Assembly (NCBI GenBank): GCA_012514555.1
Contig: JAAZAB010000359.1
Coordinates: forward strand, 1 to 51,495
From: Lentisphaerota bacterium
Lineage (GTDB): Bacteria > Verrucomicrobiota > Kiritimatiellia > JAAZAB01
Direction: 5' to 3'
Length of the DNA stretch: 51,495 nucleotides
Shown here: piece by piece, positions 36,211 to 45,048 of the stretch
Position numbering within the stretch: the first letter of the stretch is position 1
Layout: each line of letters begins with the position of its first letter
Notes under the pieces: model-generated
Databases searched by the model: none
What the model was told of the DNA's origin: nothing
What the model saw: the letters and a program-made list of their open reading frames with translations, nothing else
Position numbers and translations under genes: made by a program

Positions 36211-37464
36211 TCAGTCCGGGATATTGGCGGTCCTGAAAAGGTCCGCAATGGTTTCCGGGCGGCGTATAAGGACGAGGCGGTTTTGCCGCGTCAGCAGTAT
36301 CTCGGCGCTGCGCAGGCGGTTGTTGTAGTTGTGCCCCATGGCATAGGAATGCCCGCCGGCGTTGTGAATGGCGACAAGGTCTCCGACTCGGATCGCCGGG
36401 AGAAGCCTGTCTTTTGCGAACTGGTCGTTGTTCTCGCACAGGCGCCCTACAACGCTGACGCGCTCGCGCCGGCCGGCCCGGCTTTTGCCGAGGACTGACA
36501 CGTGGTGGTAGGCGTCGTAGATTGCCGGGCGCGGCAAGTCGTTCATGCCCGCGTCAATGCCGGCGAAAACCTTGTAGCCGCGCTTGATCACGTGGACGGT
36601 TCCGACGAGCCAGCCCATGTTCGCGGAAATGAACCTTCCGGGCTCGGCCATCAGAATCGGCTCCTTGAGGCCGAACTTGCGGCACTGCCCGTCAAAAGCC
36701 TTGCGAACGCCCCTGGCCGCCTTGTCCAGGTCCAGGTTCTTTTCGCCGGGCCGGTAAGGTACGCCGAAGCCGCCCCCGATGTTGATGCGCTCCAGTTCAA
36801 TGCCCGCGCGGCTCTTGAGGCTGGCGGCGATTTCCAGCATCTTCATCGCGACCTGGCTGAAGTATTCCTCGTCCAGGACGTTGCTGCCGGTCATGGCATG
36901 CATGCCGAAGCGCCTGACGCCCATGCGCGCGGCGAGCCGGTAGGCGGAAACGATGTCCCATGGCGGAACGCCGTACTTCGCCTCCGGTCCGGCCAGGAAC
37001 AGGCTCTTCATGCCGCCCTTTCCGATTCCCGGATTGACCCGGAACGAAAGGAACTCCGGAACGCCGTTTTTTTTGACGGTCGGCAACATGCTGATGTCGT
37101 CAAGATTGAGCAGAAAGCGACCGGTTTTCCTGACGAACCGGAACTCGGAAGCAGTGGTGTAATTGCCGGTGTACATACCGCGGCCGCCCAGTCGCCGCGT
37201 GATCCACGCCTCGGCCTCGCTGGACGCGTCCGCCCCGAAGCCCTCGGAAAAAATGATCTTAAGGATCGCCGGATTGGCGTTGGCCTTGACCGCGTAAAGC
37301 GGCTCGAACGAGGAAAAATACTTTGAGAAGGCCTCCCGGAAAATCCGGCAGTTGCGGCGCAGGCGCTTCTCGTCGTACAGGAAGAACGGGGTGGGGAACT
37401 CTCGCGCCGCCCTGCGGATGGCGGCCGAGGGAACGTACACCACGTCTGGATTCAAGTACGGCAT
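36211..37464 (-). CDS. lysA: diaminopimelate decarboxylase (Orn/DAP/Arg decarboxylase family 2)
   Basis: The ATG is at 37464 (MPYLNPD...). YAVKAN PLP-Lys motif, GGGFGVPY and CENNDQF. I cannot exclude another specificity within the fold-III decarboxylase family. Confidence 0.75.
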   Translation of the reverse strand: MPYLNPDVVYVPSAAIRRAAREFPTPFFLYDEKRLRRNCRIFREAFSKYFSSFEPLYAVKANANPAILKIIFSEGFGADASSEAEAWITRRLGGRGMYTGNYTTASEFRFVRKTGRFLLNLDDISMLPTVKKNGVPEFLSFRVNPGIGKGGMKSLFLAGPEAKYGVPPWDIVSAYRLAARMGVRRFGMHAMTGSNVLDEEYFSQVAMKMLEIAASLKSRAGIELERINIGGGFGVPYRPGEKNLDLDKAARGVRKAFDGQCRKFGLKEPILMAEPGRFISANMGWLVGTVHVIKRGYKVFAGIDAGMNDLPRPAIYDAYHHVSVLGKSRAGRRERVSVVGRLCENNDQFAKDRLLPAIRVGDLVAIHNAGGHSYAMGHNYNNRLRSAEILLTRQNRLVLIRRPETIADLFRTANIPD

Positions 37465-37514
37465 GGCATTTCCGTTCCGCCGCGCCTGCGCCCGCATCCG
37501 GAACCGGTCAGGGT

Positions 37515-38744
37515 TCAGGCATCGGCAGGCTTGGCTTCCTCTTCGGGAGCGGCGGTTCCGTTCCATTCGTCGAAGGCGTCGTTGATGATGTCCAGCGCGT
37601 CCTCGATCTCGCTGTCTTTCACGTTGAGCGGCGGGAGGAAGCGTATAACGTTCCCGGCAGTGGCCAGGCAGAGCAGGCCCATATCGACGAGCTTGTCCGC
37701 CAGGTCCTTTGCGGGCTGGTCCAGCACGAGGCCGACCATGAGGCCGGCGCCGCGGACTTCGGCGAGGTGCGCGTGTTTGCCGACCATGGCTTTCAGAGGG
37801 GACTGGAACTTTTCTCCGGCCGCCGCCGCGCGCTCGACGAGCTTCTCACCCCTGATGACGCTGATTGTCGCCAGCGCGGCCGCGCAGGCCAGGGGCGTGC
37901 CGCCGAAAGTGCTGCCGTGCGTTCCGGGCTGCAGCACGTCGGAAAGGCCGGGCTTCGTCACGATTGCGCCTATCGGGAACCCATTGCCGAGCCCCTTTGC
38001 CAGCGAGATCGCATCGGGCTCAATTCCATAGGCCTGGAATCCGAACCAGCTGCCGGTGCGGCCCATGCCGCACTGGATCTCGTCGCACAGGAGAAGGATG
38101 CCCTTTTCATCGCAGAGCTCGCGCAGGCCCTTCATGAAGTCCGGCTGCGCGGGTATAACGCCGCCCTCGCCCTGCACCGCCTCCACCAGCACCGCGGCCG
38201 TGTGCTCCGTAACGGCGTCGCGGACGGACGCGAGGTTGTTGAAATCGGCGTAGACGAAGCCCGGCGCCAGGGGCTCGAAACCGGCTTGAACCTTGGCCTG
38301 GCCCGTGGCGGAGAGCGTGGCCAGTGTGCGGCCATGGAATGAATTCTTCATGGACACGATTTCGAACTTCCCCTTTTCGCGGCCCCAGTACCGGGCGAGC
38401 TTGATCAGCGCCTCGTTGGCCTCCGCTCCGGAATTGCAGAAGAAACACTTGCCCTTGAGGGACAGGCCGGACAATTCCCTGGCCAGGAGCCCCTGGTTTT
38501 CCGTCCAGTACAGGTTCGATACGTGAACCAGTCTTTCGGCCTGCGCCTGTATGGCCTTTGTGATTTCCGGATGGCAGTGCCCGGCGCCCTGCACCGCTAT
38601 GCCGCCCAGGAAATCAAGATAGACCTTTCCGGATGAATCCCACACGCGGGTGCCCTTGCCGCGCACGAACGCGATGGGCTTTCGCGCGTAGTTGGGGATC
38701 ACGTAGTTTGAGAAAAGTTCGGCGACTTCGCTATTTTCTGTCAT
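37515..38744 (-). CDS. argD: acetylornithine aminotransferase
   Basis: Class III aminotransferase motifs ([20 protein letters not shown]). The ATG at 38744 is preceded by GGAGA. The track start at 38753 is a TTG. Confidence 0.9.
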   Translation of the reverse strand: MTENSEVAELFSNYVIPNYARKPIAFVRGKGTRVWDSSGKVYLDFLGGIAVQGAGHCHPEITKAIQAQAERLVHVSNLYWTENQGLLARELSGLSLKGKCFFCNSGAEANEALIKLARYWGREKGKFEIVSMKNSFHGRTLATLSATGQAKVQAGFEPLAPGFVYADFNNLASVRDAVTEHTAAVLVEAVQGEGGVIPAQPDFMKGLRELCDEKGILLLCDEIQCGMGRTGSWFGFQAYGIEPDAISLAKGLGNGFPIGAIVTKPGLSDVLQPGTHGSTFGGTPLACAAALATISVIRGEKLVERAAAAGEKFQSPLKAMVGKHAHLAEVRGAGLMVGLVLDQPAKDLADKLVDMGLLCLATAGNVIRFLPPLNVKDSEIEDALDIINDAFDEWNGTAAPEEEAKPADA

Positions 38745-39612
38745 GGTGCACAATCTCCGTTCCTATGCCTTTGTCTGTGAAAATTTCCAGCAGCAGCGAG
38801 TGGGGCACGCGCCCGTCAATGATATGAACCTTCGAAACGCCGGGAGCCAGCGCCCTGACTCCGCCGTTGACCTTTGGCAGCATTCCGCCGTCAATCACGC
38901 CGCTCTTGACGAGCCGCTTCACCTCCGAGACGTTCAGCGTTGAAAAGATCGAATCGGGGTCGCTCGGATTCTTCAGGAGCCCGGGAATATCGGACAGGAA
39001 AACCAGTTTTTTTGCCTTTATGGCGGACGCCACCGCAGCCGCGGCATCGTCCGCGTTTATGTTGTAGGCGTTCCCGTCCGGGCCGATGCCGATCGGGGTT
39101 ATGACGGCAATCACGCCCCTGCGCAGGCAGTCGAGGACGGGCTCCGGGTCAACCTCCGCCGGAACGCCCACGAAACCCAAATCGATCGGCTGGCCGTGCT
39201 CGTCTTTTTCAAAATGCTTCTCGGCCTTGATAAAATCCTGGCCGCGCAGTCCGCGGGCGCGCGCGCCGTTCGCGCACAGGGTTTTTACCAGCCCCGGATT
39301 CAGCTCATTGTTGAGCACCGTTTCGACGATTCTAATGGAGGCCTTGTCGGTGACGCGCCGGCCCTTGACAAAGGCCGGGTGGATGCCCTCGGCGTTCATC
39401 CGCCTCGATATGGCCTTGCCGCCGCCGTGGACTATCACGGGCTTCATTCCGACGCACTCCATGAAGATGATGTCCGTGAGGATGCTGTCTTCGTTCTTCT
39501 TCTCCTCCATGGCCGATCCGCCGAACTTGATGACGACGGTCTCGTTGCGGAACTGCTGAAAATAAGGCAGGGCCTCGATCAGCACCCCGGCTTTCTGGAT
39601 GATCTTCTTCAT
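38731..39612 (-). CDS. argB: acetylglutamate kinase
   Basis: VVIKFGGSAM and VIVHGGG motifs. The ATG is at 39612 (MKKIIQKAG...). The 3' end overlaps the argD start by 14 nt. Confidence 0.93.
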   Translation of the reverse strand: MKKIIQKAGVLIEALPYFQQFRNETVVIKFGGSAMEEKKNEDSILTDIIFMECVGMKPVIVHGGGKAISRRMNAEGIHPAFVKGRRVTDKASIRIVETVLNNELNPGLVKTLCANGARARGLRGQDFIKAEKHFEKDEHGQPIDLGFVGVPAEVDPEPVLDCLRRGVIAVITPIGIGPDGNAYNINADDAAAAVASAIKAKKLVFLSDIPGLLKNPSDPDSIFSTLNVSEVKRLVKSGVIDGGMLPKVNGGVRALAPGVSKVHIIDGRVPHSLLLEIFTDKGIGTEIVHHDRK

Positions 39613-39617
39613 TGCGT

Positions 39618-40841
39618 TCAGGTCATGTACGAGGCGTTGATGCGGACGTATTCCTCGGAGCAGTCGCATGTGTAGGCCGTGAACTCCGCTGCGCCGGCGC
39701 GGAGGTTTGCGGTGATTGTGAACTCCGGCCTTGAAATCAGGGCGTGCAAGGCGCTTTCCCTGTAGGCCGCGGGCTGTCCGCGGGAAACGGCAAGCAAGTC
39801 TTCGTAGAGGATGTCGACGCGATCAGGCCTGAACTTGCATCCCGACCTGCCAAGGGCGGCCAGGACGCGCCCCCAGTTCGGATCGGCGCCGAACCAGGAT
39901 GTTTTAACAAGGAGGGAATTGGCAACCGCGAAGGCCGCGGCCCTAGCCTGGCGCTCATCGGGCGCGCCCTTTATCCTTATTGTCACCGCCTTGGTGGCGC
40001 CCTCGCCGTCGCGAACGATCATGAGCGCCAGTTTCCGGCACACTTCCCCGACCGCGCGGCAAAACGCGTTCCAGGCCGGGTGCCCCGGCCCGAGCGGGCG
40101 GTTGCCCGCGGCGCCGTTGGCCAGGAGGAGAAGAGTGTCGTTGGTGCTTTGATCGCCGTCCACGGAAATGCAGTTGAAGCTGCGGTCCGCCGCCGCCTTG
40201 AGGCAACGGCCCAGCGCCGAAGGCGCTACCGCGGCGTCGGTGGTGACGAACGCCAGAAGCGTCGCCATGTTCGGATGGATCATGCCTGCGCCCTTGGCCA
40301 TGCCGCCTATCGTCACGGTACGCCCGTTCACAACAATGCGCGCGGCAACTTCCTTCGGCCGGGTGTCCGTGGTCATGATCGCCCGGGCCGCGTCATGGCC
40401 GCCCCGCTCTGAAAGCGCGGATGCCGCCTTCGGAAGCCCCTGTTCGATGGCGGCCATGGGCAGCTTTTTCCCGATCGTGCCTGTAGAGCACACCAGCACC
40501 GAGTTCGGGTCCAGGTCCAGCGCGCGCGCCGCCAGCGCGGCGGTGCGCCCGGCATCGCTCAGCCCGCGCGCGCCCGTGCAGGCGTTTGCGCAGCCGCTGT
40601 TGATCACCACGGCCCGGATTTTCTTTTTCCCGGCCAGGCGCCGCTTGCAGAACAAAACGGGCGCCGCCTTTACCAGGTTGAGGGTGAAAACCCCTGCCGC
40701 GGCTGCGGGTTTGTCGGAAACCAGCATGGCCAGATCCATGGCGCCGGCTTTCTTCTTGATTCCTGAATGAATTCCGGATGCGCGAAAGCCGGCCGGGCTG
40801 GCGACGCCGCCCGAGTCGAGCCACTGCAGCTTGGATTTCAT
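39618..40841 (-). CDS. argJ: bifunctional ornithine acetyltransferase / N-acetylglutamate synthase
   Basis: MTTDT and the HPNMATLLAF self-cleavage site. The ATG is at 40841 (MKSKLQW...). The track ORF extends artefactually into rpsI. Confidence 0.93.
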   Translation of the reverse strand: MKSKLQWLDSGGVASPAGFRASGIHSGIKKKAGAMDLAMLVSDKPAAAAGVFTLNLVKAAPVLFCKRRLAGKKKIRAVVINSGCANACTGARGLSDAGRTAALAARALDLDPNSVLVCSTGTIGKKLPMAAIEQGLPKAASALSERGGHDAARAIMTTDTRPKEVAARIVVNGRTVTIGGMAKGAGMIHPNMATLLAFVTTDAAVAPSALGRCLKAAADRSFNCISVDGDQSTNDTLLLLANGAAGNRPLGPGHPAWNAFCRAVGEVCRKLALMIVRDGEGATKAVTIRIKGAPDERQARAAAFAVANSLLVKTSWFGADPNWGRVLAALGRSGCKFRPDRVDILYEDLLAVSRGQPAAYRESALHALISRPEFTITANLRAGAAEFTAYTCDCSEEYVRINASYMT

Positions 40842-40930
40842 GTGTCGCCTGCTCCCAGGTCGTCCGGGCCATTGAATTCCGGCAAATGAAAGCACGGAAA
40901 CAAGAGGCGCGGCCCGGCGCTTCAGCCGCC

Positions 40931-40948
40931 AAAAGGCCTTTCGGCCCC
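40931..40948 (-). terminator. weak possible attenuating hairpin after rpsI
   Basis: The minus strand reads GGGGCCgaaaGGCCTTtt: a GNRA-type loop, a short stem and a short U-run. Confidence 0.25.
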
Positions 40949-40971
40949 GGCCGGCCAGGGCCGGGTGGGGA

Positions 40972-41367
40972 TCAACGTTTGGAGAACTGGAACCGCTTGC
41001 GCGCTCCCGGCTGGCCTGATTTCTGGCGTTCCTTTTTGCGGGAATCCCGCGTGAGGAACCCGCTGTTCTTGAGAACTTCACGCAGGGACGCGTCCGCGCG
41101 GATCAGGGCCCTGGAAATCCCATGGCGCAGCGCACCCGCCTGTCCAACGCCGCCGCCTCCGGTGATTTTCGCCTTCACATCGAACTTCGCGTCGGTGTTT
41201 GTGAGCTTGAGCGGCTGAAGGATGAAATTTCTGACCGACACGGTGGGGAAGTAGTCTTTCAATTCCCGGCCGTTGATGCACATCTTGCCGTCGCCCGCTG
41301 AAAGGCGCACCGATGCGACCGCAGTCTTCCGGCGGCCGGTTGTCACGAATTCTTCGATCTTTGCCAC
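40972..41367 (-). CDS. rpsI: 30S ribosomal protein S9
   Basis: GTG start at 41367 (GGGAGA RBS). ...TGRRKTAVASVRL...GGGVGQAGALRHGISRAL...RKKERQKSGQPGARKRFQFSKR. Confidence 0.95.
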   Translation of the reverse strand: MAKIEEFVTTGRRKTAVASVRLSAGDGKMCINGRELKDYFPTVSVRNFILQPLKLTNTDAKFDVKAKITGGGGVGQAGALRHGISRALIRADASLREVLKNSGFLTRDSRKKERQKSGQPGARKRFQFSKR

Positions 41368-41389
41368 GTTTCTTGTCTCCCTTTTCTCC

Positions 41390-41818
41390 TTAAAACGACG
41401 CGGGCCGGGGTTTTTGAGCCGCATGCGGATGCTCGGCGTCCGGATATACTTTGAGGCGCCCGAACACCTTTCGCATGAGTCGGTTCTTGGGCAACATGCC
41501 CCTGACCGCATCCCGGATCATCCGCTCGGGCTTGCGCTCGCGCACCACGGAAGCCTTGACCTCCTTGAGCCCGCCCCGGTATCCGGAAAAGGATTTGTAA
41601 ATCTTTTTCTCGTCCTTCTTGCCGGTCAGGCGGACTTTCCGCGCGTTGATGACGACAACAAAATCGCCGGTGTCCATGTGCGGATCGTAGACGACCTTGT
41701 CGCGGCCGCGCAGAACGTTGGCAATCTTGACCGCAAGCCTGCCCAACACCTTTTCAGACGCATCAACCAGGACCCATCCATGTTTGATATCTGATTCTTT
41801 TACCAATGTTGTTTTCAT
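41390..41818 (-). CDS. rplM: 50S ribosomal protein L13
   Basis: 142 aa. WVLVDASEKVLGRLAVKIANVLRG....YDPHMDTGDFVVVINA. Confidence 0.96.
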   Translation of the reverse strand: MKTTLVKESDIKHGWVLVDASEKVLGRLAVKIANVLRGRDKVVYDPHMDTGDFVVVINARKVRLTGKKDEKKIYKSFSGYRGGLKEVKASVVRERKPERMIRDAVRGMLPKNRLMRKVFGRLKVYPDAEHPHAAQKPRPASF

Positions 41819-41853
41819 GAACCAGCCTTTCCCGCTCGAAAGCGAAACGCCGT

Positions 41854-41882
41854 TTTATATATAAAGCGGACCGCCGTGTCAA
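41854..41882 (-). promoter_or_regulatory. candidate sigma70-type promoter of rplM-rpsI (TTGACA-N17-TATAAA)
   Basis: The minus strand reads ctgTTGACAcggcggtccgctttataTATAAAacgg, about 35 nt upstream of the rplM ATG. Confidence 0.5.
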
Positions 41883-42022
41883 CAGGCTTCGTTAAAAAAC
41901 GCGAGAATTTAAACAGGCGCCTTTTTGCCGCTTTCAGGCGTGAGCCGGAAGCCCGCCGCCTCTTTTCCCGGCGCGCCTTTTTCTTGCGGAACGCGGCCCC
42001 GGCCTTGATAGCGCCCGACCCG

Positions 42023-42601
42023 TCAGGGTTCCTGCGCCTCTGCCGAACGACTTTTCAGGTACTGGCGCAAATAGGGATACAGCGGCTTTTCGGGATTTTC
42101 GCGGAACCGGTAGCGGCGCATTTCGGCGAAGGCGTCTTCCTCCGGGACGCCCTCGACCAGGATGCGGTAGAGCGCTATGACGGCGCCGGTGCGATATGAG
42201 CCGCGGGCGCAATGGACAAGCGCCGGAAGCGAGCCGGGATCGGAAAGGATGCGCAATGCGCTGTCAAACATTTCGAAATCGCCGCGGCCGTCTCCGGGCA
42301 TCGGCAGATTGACGAGCCGGGCGCCGGTTCGCCGGCAAACATCCTCCTCGGCGGCGATGATTCCCGGGGGCGCGTTGGTTTCGCGCAGGCTGAGGACGGT
42401 GCGCACGCCGCGGGCGGCGATGAGGCGTTCGAGCTGGCCCGGCTTGGGCTGCCCGCTTCGATAGAGCCTGCCCTCGGTGACCACGGCGAAGTTGTCAAAG
42501 CGCAATGCGCGCCAGGCGACGATCGGCGCGGCGACGGCCGCCGCGGCAAGCAGCGCCGCCAGGAGCCAGGGAATGAGCCTGCGGGCCGGTTTCGGGGTCA
42601 T
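42023..42601 (-). CDS. membrane-anchored protein-tyrosine/dual-specificity phosphatase family protein
   Basis: 192 aa. N-terminal TM LIPWLLAALLAAAAVAAPIVAW. CX5R P-loop VHCARGSYRTG. LYRSGQP motif. The ATG overlaps the trmJ stop (ATGA). Confidence 0.8.
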   Translation of the reverse strand: MTPKPARRLIPWLLAALLAAAAVAAPIVAWRALRFDNFAVVTEGRLYRSGQPKPGQLERLIAARGVRTVLSLRETNAPPGIIAAEEDVCRRTGARLVNLPMPGDGRGDFEMFDSALRILSDPGSLPALVHCARGSYRTGAVIALYRILVEGVPEEDAFAEMRRYRFRENPEKPLYPYLRQYLKSRSAEAQEP

Positions 42602-43416
42602 CCGGGCGTCTCCTCGTTGGCGATGCGGTGCGGCGGAAAATCCTCACCGAGCGCGGCCAGGCGCTGTCGGCATTTGATCATTTCGCGCGCGCACCACAGC
42701 GTCTGGCGCGCAACGCCCATGAGAATGTTCACGTCGTCCACGGTGAGCGGTCCGCGCGAGAATACGCGGCGCAGCCCGAGCATCATGTGCTGCGCCTTTT
42801 CTTCGTCCATGAACCCGATGTTGAGGAGCGCCCTGCGCCAGAAATCGAACATCCGTTCGCGAAGCTCTCCCGTGGCTTCCGGCGTCCTCTCGGCCGGGGG
42901 CTCGAATTGGCCCGAGGCTGCATATATTTCGTATGCGAACACGGCAACGGCGTGCGACAGGTTCAGGGACGGGTACTCCGGGCTGGATGGAATGCGGGCC
43001 ACGTGCGTGCAGCGCTCGAGGTCGTCGTTCGAGAGGCCGCTGTCCTCGGGCCCGAATACCAGGGCGACCCGGTTGGCTGAGGCGGCTGCGAGCACGCGCG
43101 GCGCCCATTCCCGGGGTGTCCGGCAGTGCTGCCGGTACAGCCCGGGCCGCGCCGTTGCGCCCAGCGCCCATGCGCAGTCCTTGACGGCCTCCTCCAGGGA
43201 CGGAACCTCCCGGCGGCTTGCCAGGATGTCCTGTGCCCAACAGGCCATGGTTTCAGCCTCCTCGATCCGGATGTTCTTCGGCGCAACCGTGACAAGGTCG
43301 CAAAGCCCCATGTTTGCCATGACGCGGCAGACGGAACCGATGTTGCCGCCGTAGATCGGGCGGACCAGGACGATGCGCACGTTTCGCAGAGGGCTGTCGC
43401 CGGCGGCCATGTTCAT
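42598..43416 (-). CDS. trmJ: SpoU/TrmH-class RNA 2'-O-methyltransferase, TrmJ-like
   Basis: 272 aa. VRIVLVRPIYGGNIGSVCRVMANMG, VALVFGPEDSGLSN and SLNLSHAVAVFAYE (SPOUT knot motifs). Confidence 0.85.
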   Translation of the reverse strand: MNMAAGDSPLRNVRIVLVRPIYGGNIGSVCRVMANMGLCDLVTVAPKNIRIEEAETMACWAQDILASRREVPSLEEAVKDCAWALGATARPGLYRQHCRTPREWAPRVLAAASANRVALVFGPEDSGLSNDDLERCTHVARIPSSPEYPSLNLSHAVAVFAYEIYAASGQFEPPAERTPEATGELRERMFDFWRRALLNIGFMDEEKAQHMMLGLRRVFSRGPLTVDDVNILMGVARQTLWCAREMIKCRQRLAALGEDFPPHRIANEETPG

Positions 43417-43820
43417 GGAAGCTCCATGATGCGGGCCAGCAGTTCCGGCCCCAGGCGGAAGGGCGAGGCCGGGTCGCCAAACCAGCCATGCTCCTCGATC
43501 ATGTGCAGCGCCAGGTCCGAGACAACCGCGCTTTCGCCCGTCGCAAGGTTCCTGATGGTGGTGTTGAGCTTGGCGAATGCGCGCGCGTCGCCGAACGGGC
43601 AGGGCAGCCGCCCGCGCGCGTCGTCCATGACGGCTTCAAAATGGGGGGGGATGCCCACGGGCCGGCCTATTCCTGTTTCCGCGGCGGCGCGGAACATCCT
43701 CAGACGCCGCGCGACGATTTCGCGCGTCAGCCCGAGCCTGTCCAGCATCGCGCAGTCATCGCTTATCCGCCGGGCCCGAGATGCATCGGAAAAGCTTCCT
43801 TTATTAAGGTTACAAGTCAT
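43413..43820 (-). CDS. hypothetical protein
   Basis: 135 aa from the ATG at 43820 (the track start at 43841 is a TTG). The stop overlaps the trmJ start. I recognise no family. Notable motifs are GRLPCPFGD and LALHMIEEHGWFGDPASPFRLGP. Confidence 0.55.
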   Translation of the reverse strand: MTCNLNKGSFSDASRARRISDDCAMLDRLGLTREIVARRLRMFRAAAETGIGRPVGIPPHFEAVMDDARGRLPCPFGDARAFAKLNTTIRNLATGESAVVSDLALHMIEEHGWFGDPASPFRLGPELLARIMELP

Positions 43821-43837
43821 TGGCTCCCGGTTCCTTT

Positions 43838-44875
43838 TCAAAGGCGGTACGAGGTGAATTTATCGTAAAAAATCCGCGATTCACACAGGCCCTTGCGCTG
43901 GAGAAGGCCGACGCACGCATTGATCATGGCCGGGCTGCCGCACAGGTATGCCTCGACATCGGCCACGGAACGGACGTTGCGCTCAAGCACTTCGGTTATC
44001 AGCCCGCGCTCGCCGTCCCAGCCGTCGCCGGCCGCCGGGGCGGAGAGCGCGGGAACAAACCTCAATTCAGGCAGGCGTTTTTGCAGGGACGCGATCCGGT
44101 CGAGGTGGAAAAGGTCCTCTCTGGCGCGAGCGCCGAAGAAGAAAACGGCCTTGCGCGATATTCCGCGGTCGGCCATGTCCTCGATGATGGAGAGTATCGG
44201 CGCCATGCCCGAGCCGCCCGCGATGAAAATGACATCACGTCCGGACTCGCGCAGCCAGAAGTCGCCGTAGGGGCCCGTCAGGGAAAGGGATGCTCCGGGC
44301 GAGAGGTGATCGAAAACATAGGTGGTTCCAATTCCGCCACGGACCCGCCTGATCTGAAGTTCCAGCCGGTCGGGCCGCGCCGGAGAGGATGCAAGGGAGA
44401 AGGGCCTGAACGCGGCGAAGCGGCTGGATGCGTAAGGGGGAATGCGCAAAACGATGAACTGGCCGGGCCGGAACGAGATGGCGCCGGGCGGCAGGAGGGC
44501 GAGCCGCACCTCCTTGATGTCATGCGTCAGGTTCAGAACGCTTTCAACCGTCGCCTTGAATTCGCGGGCCGCAAGCACGTCCGTCGAAAGCTCGACGCAG
44601 ATGTCATTCACGGGCTTTACCTGGCAGGACAGCCTCACGTTGTCGGCAAGTTCGCCGCCTGACAGGGAGGACAATTCCGCCGGCTGCAGCGGGGACGAAT
44701 CGCCGCGGACCCGGACCTTGCAAAGGCCGCAGGCGCCCTTGCCCCCGCAGGCAGTGGGAACAAGTATTCCATTTGAGCGAAGCGCCGCAAACAGCGACCG
44801 GCCGGCCGGGGCGTGGATCATGCGCCCGCCGTTCAGCGAGATCGTCATCCCGGCGGATTGGTCTGGTGTTGACAT
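43838..44875 (-). CDS. 2Fe-2S ferredoxin / FAD / NAD(P)H oxidoreductase (NqrF / ferredoxin-NADP reductase-like)
   Basis: Plant-type 2Fe-2S motif CGGKGACGLCKV...C, FAD motif RPFSLAS, NAD motif IAGGSGMAP, and CGSPAM. The start is uncertain (ATG at 44875 or 44848); the track start at 45028 is unsupported. Confidence 0.85.
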   Translation of the reverse strand: MSTPDQSAGMTISLNGGRMIHAPAGRSLFAALRSNGILVPTACGGKGACGLCKVRVRGDSSPLQPAELSSLSGGELADNVRLSCQVKPVNDICVELSTDVLAAREFKATVESVLNLTHDIKEVRLALLPPGAISFRPGQFIVLRIPPYASSRFAAFRPFSLASSPARPDRLELQIRRVRGGIGTTYVFDHLSPGASLSLTGPYGDFWLRESGRDVIFIAGGSGMAPILSIIEDMADRGISRKAVFFFGARAREDLFHLDRIASLQKRLPELRFVPALSAPAAGDGWDGERGLITEVLERNVRSVADVEAYLCGSPAMINACVGLLQRKGLCESRIFYDKFTSYRL

Positions 44876-45036
44876 GGGCGCTAGATTATGGGCGGCGCGC
44901 CGGTTTGCAAGTCCTTTCGAGAAAATCCTCATATGCCGGGCATTGCGCGGCAGGAGTTCCGGCGAATGGCTGGCGCCATGCGAGACGGTATAACGGCTTT
45001 CTTGAAGCAGACCTGGAGAAATTAACAAAAACGGCG

Positions 45037-45048
45037 ATCAAGCTTGAT
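45037..45048. promoter_or_regulatory. perfect 12-bp palindrome ATCAAGCTTGAT, candidate operator in the divergent intergenic region
   Basis: Self-complementary sequence. It overlaps the candidate -35 of the rubredoxin promoter. Confidence 0.35.
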
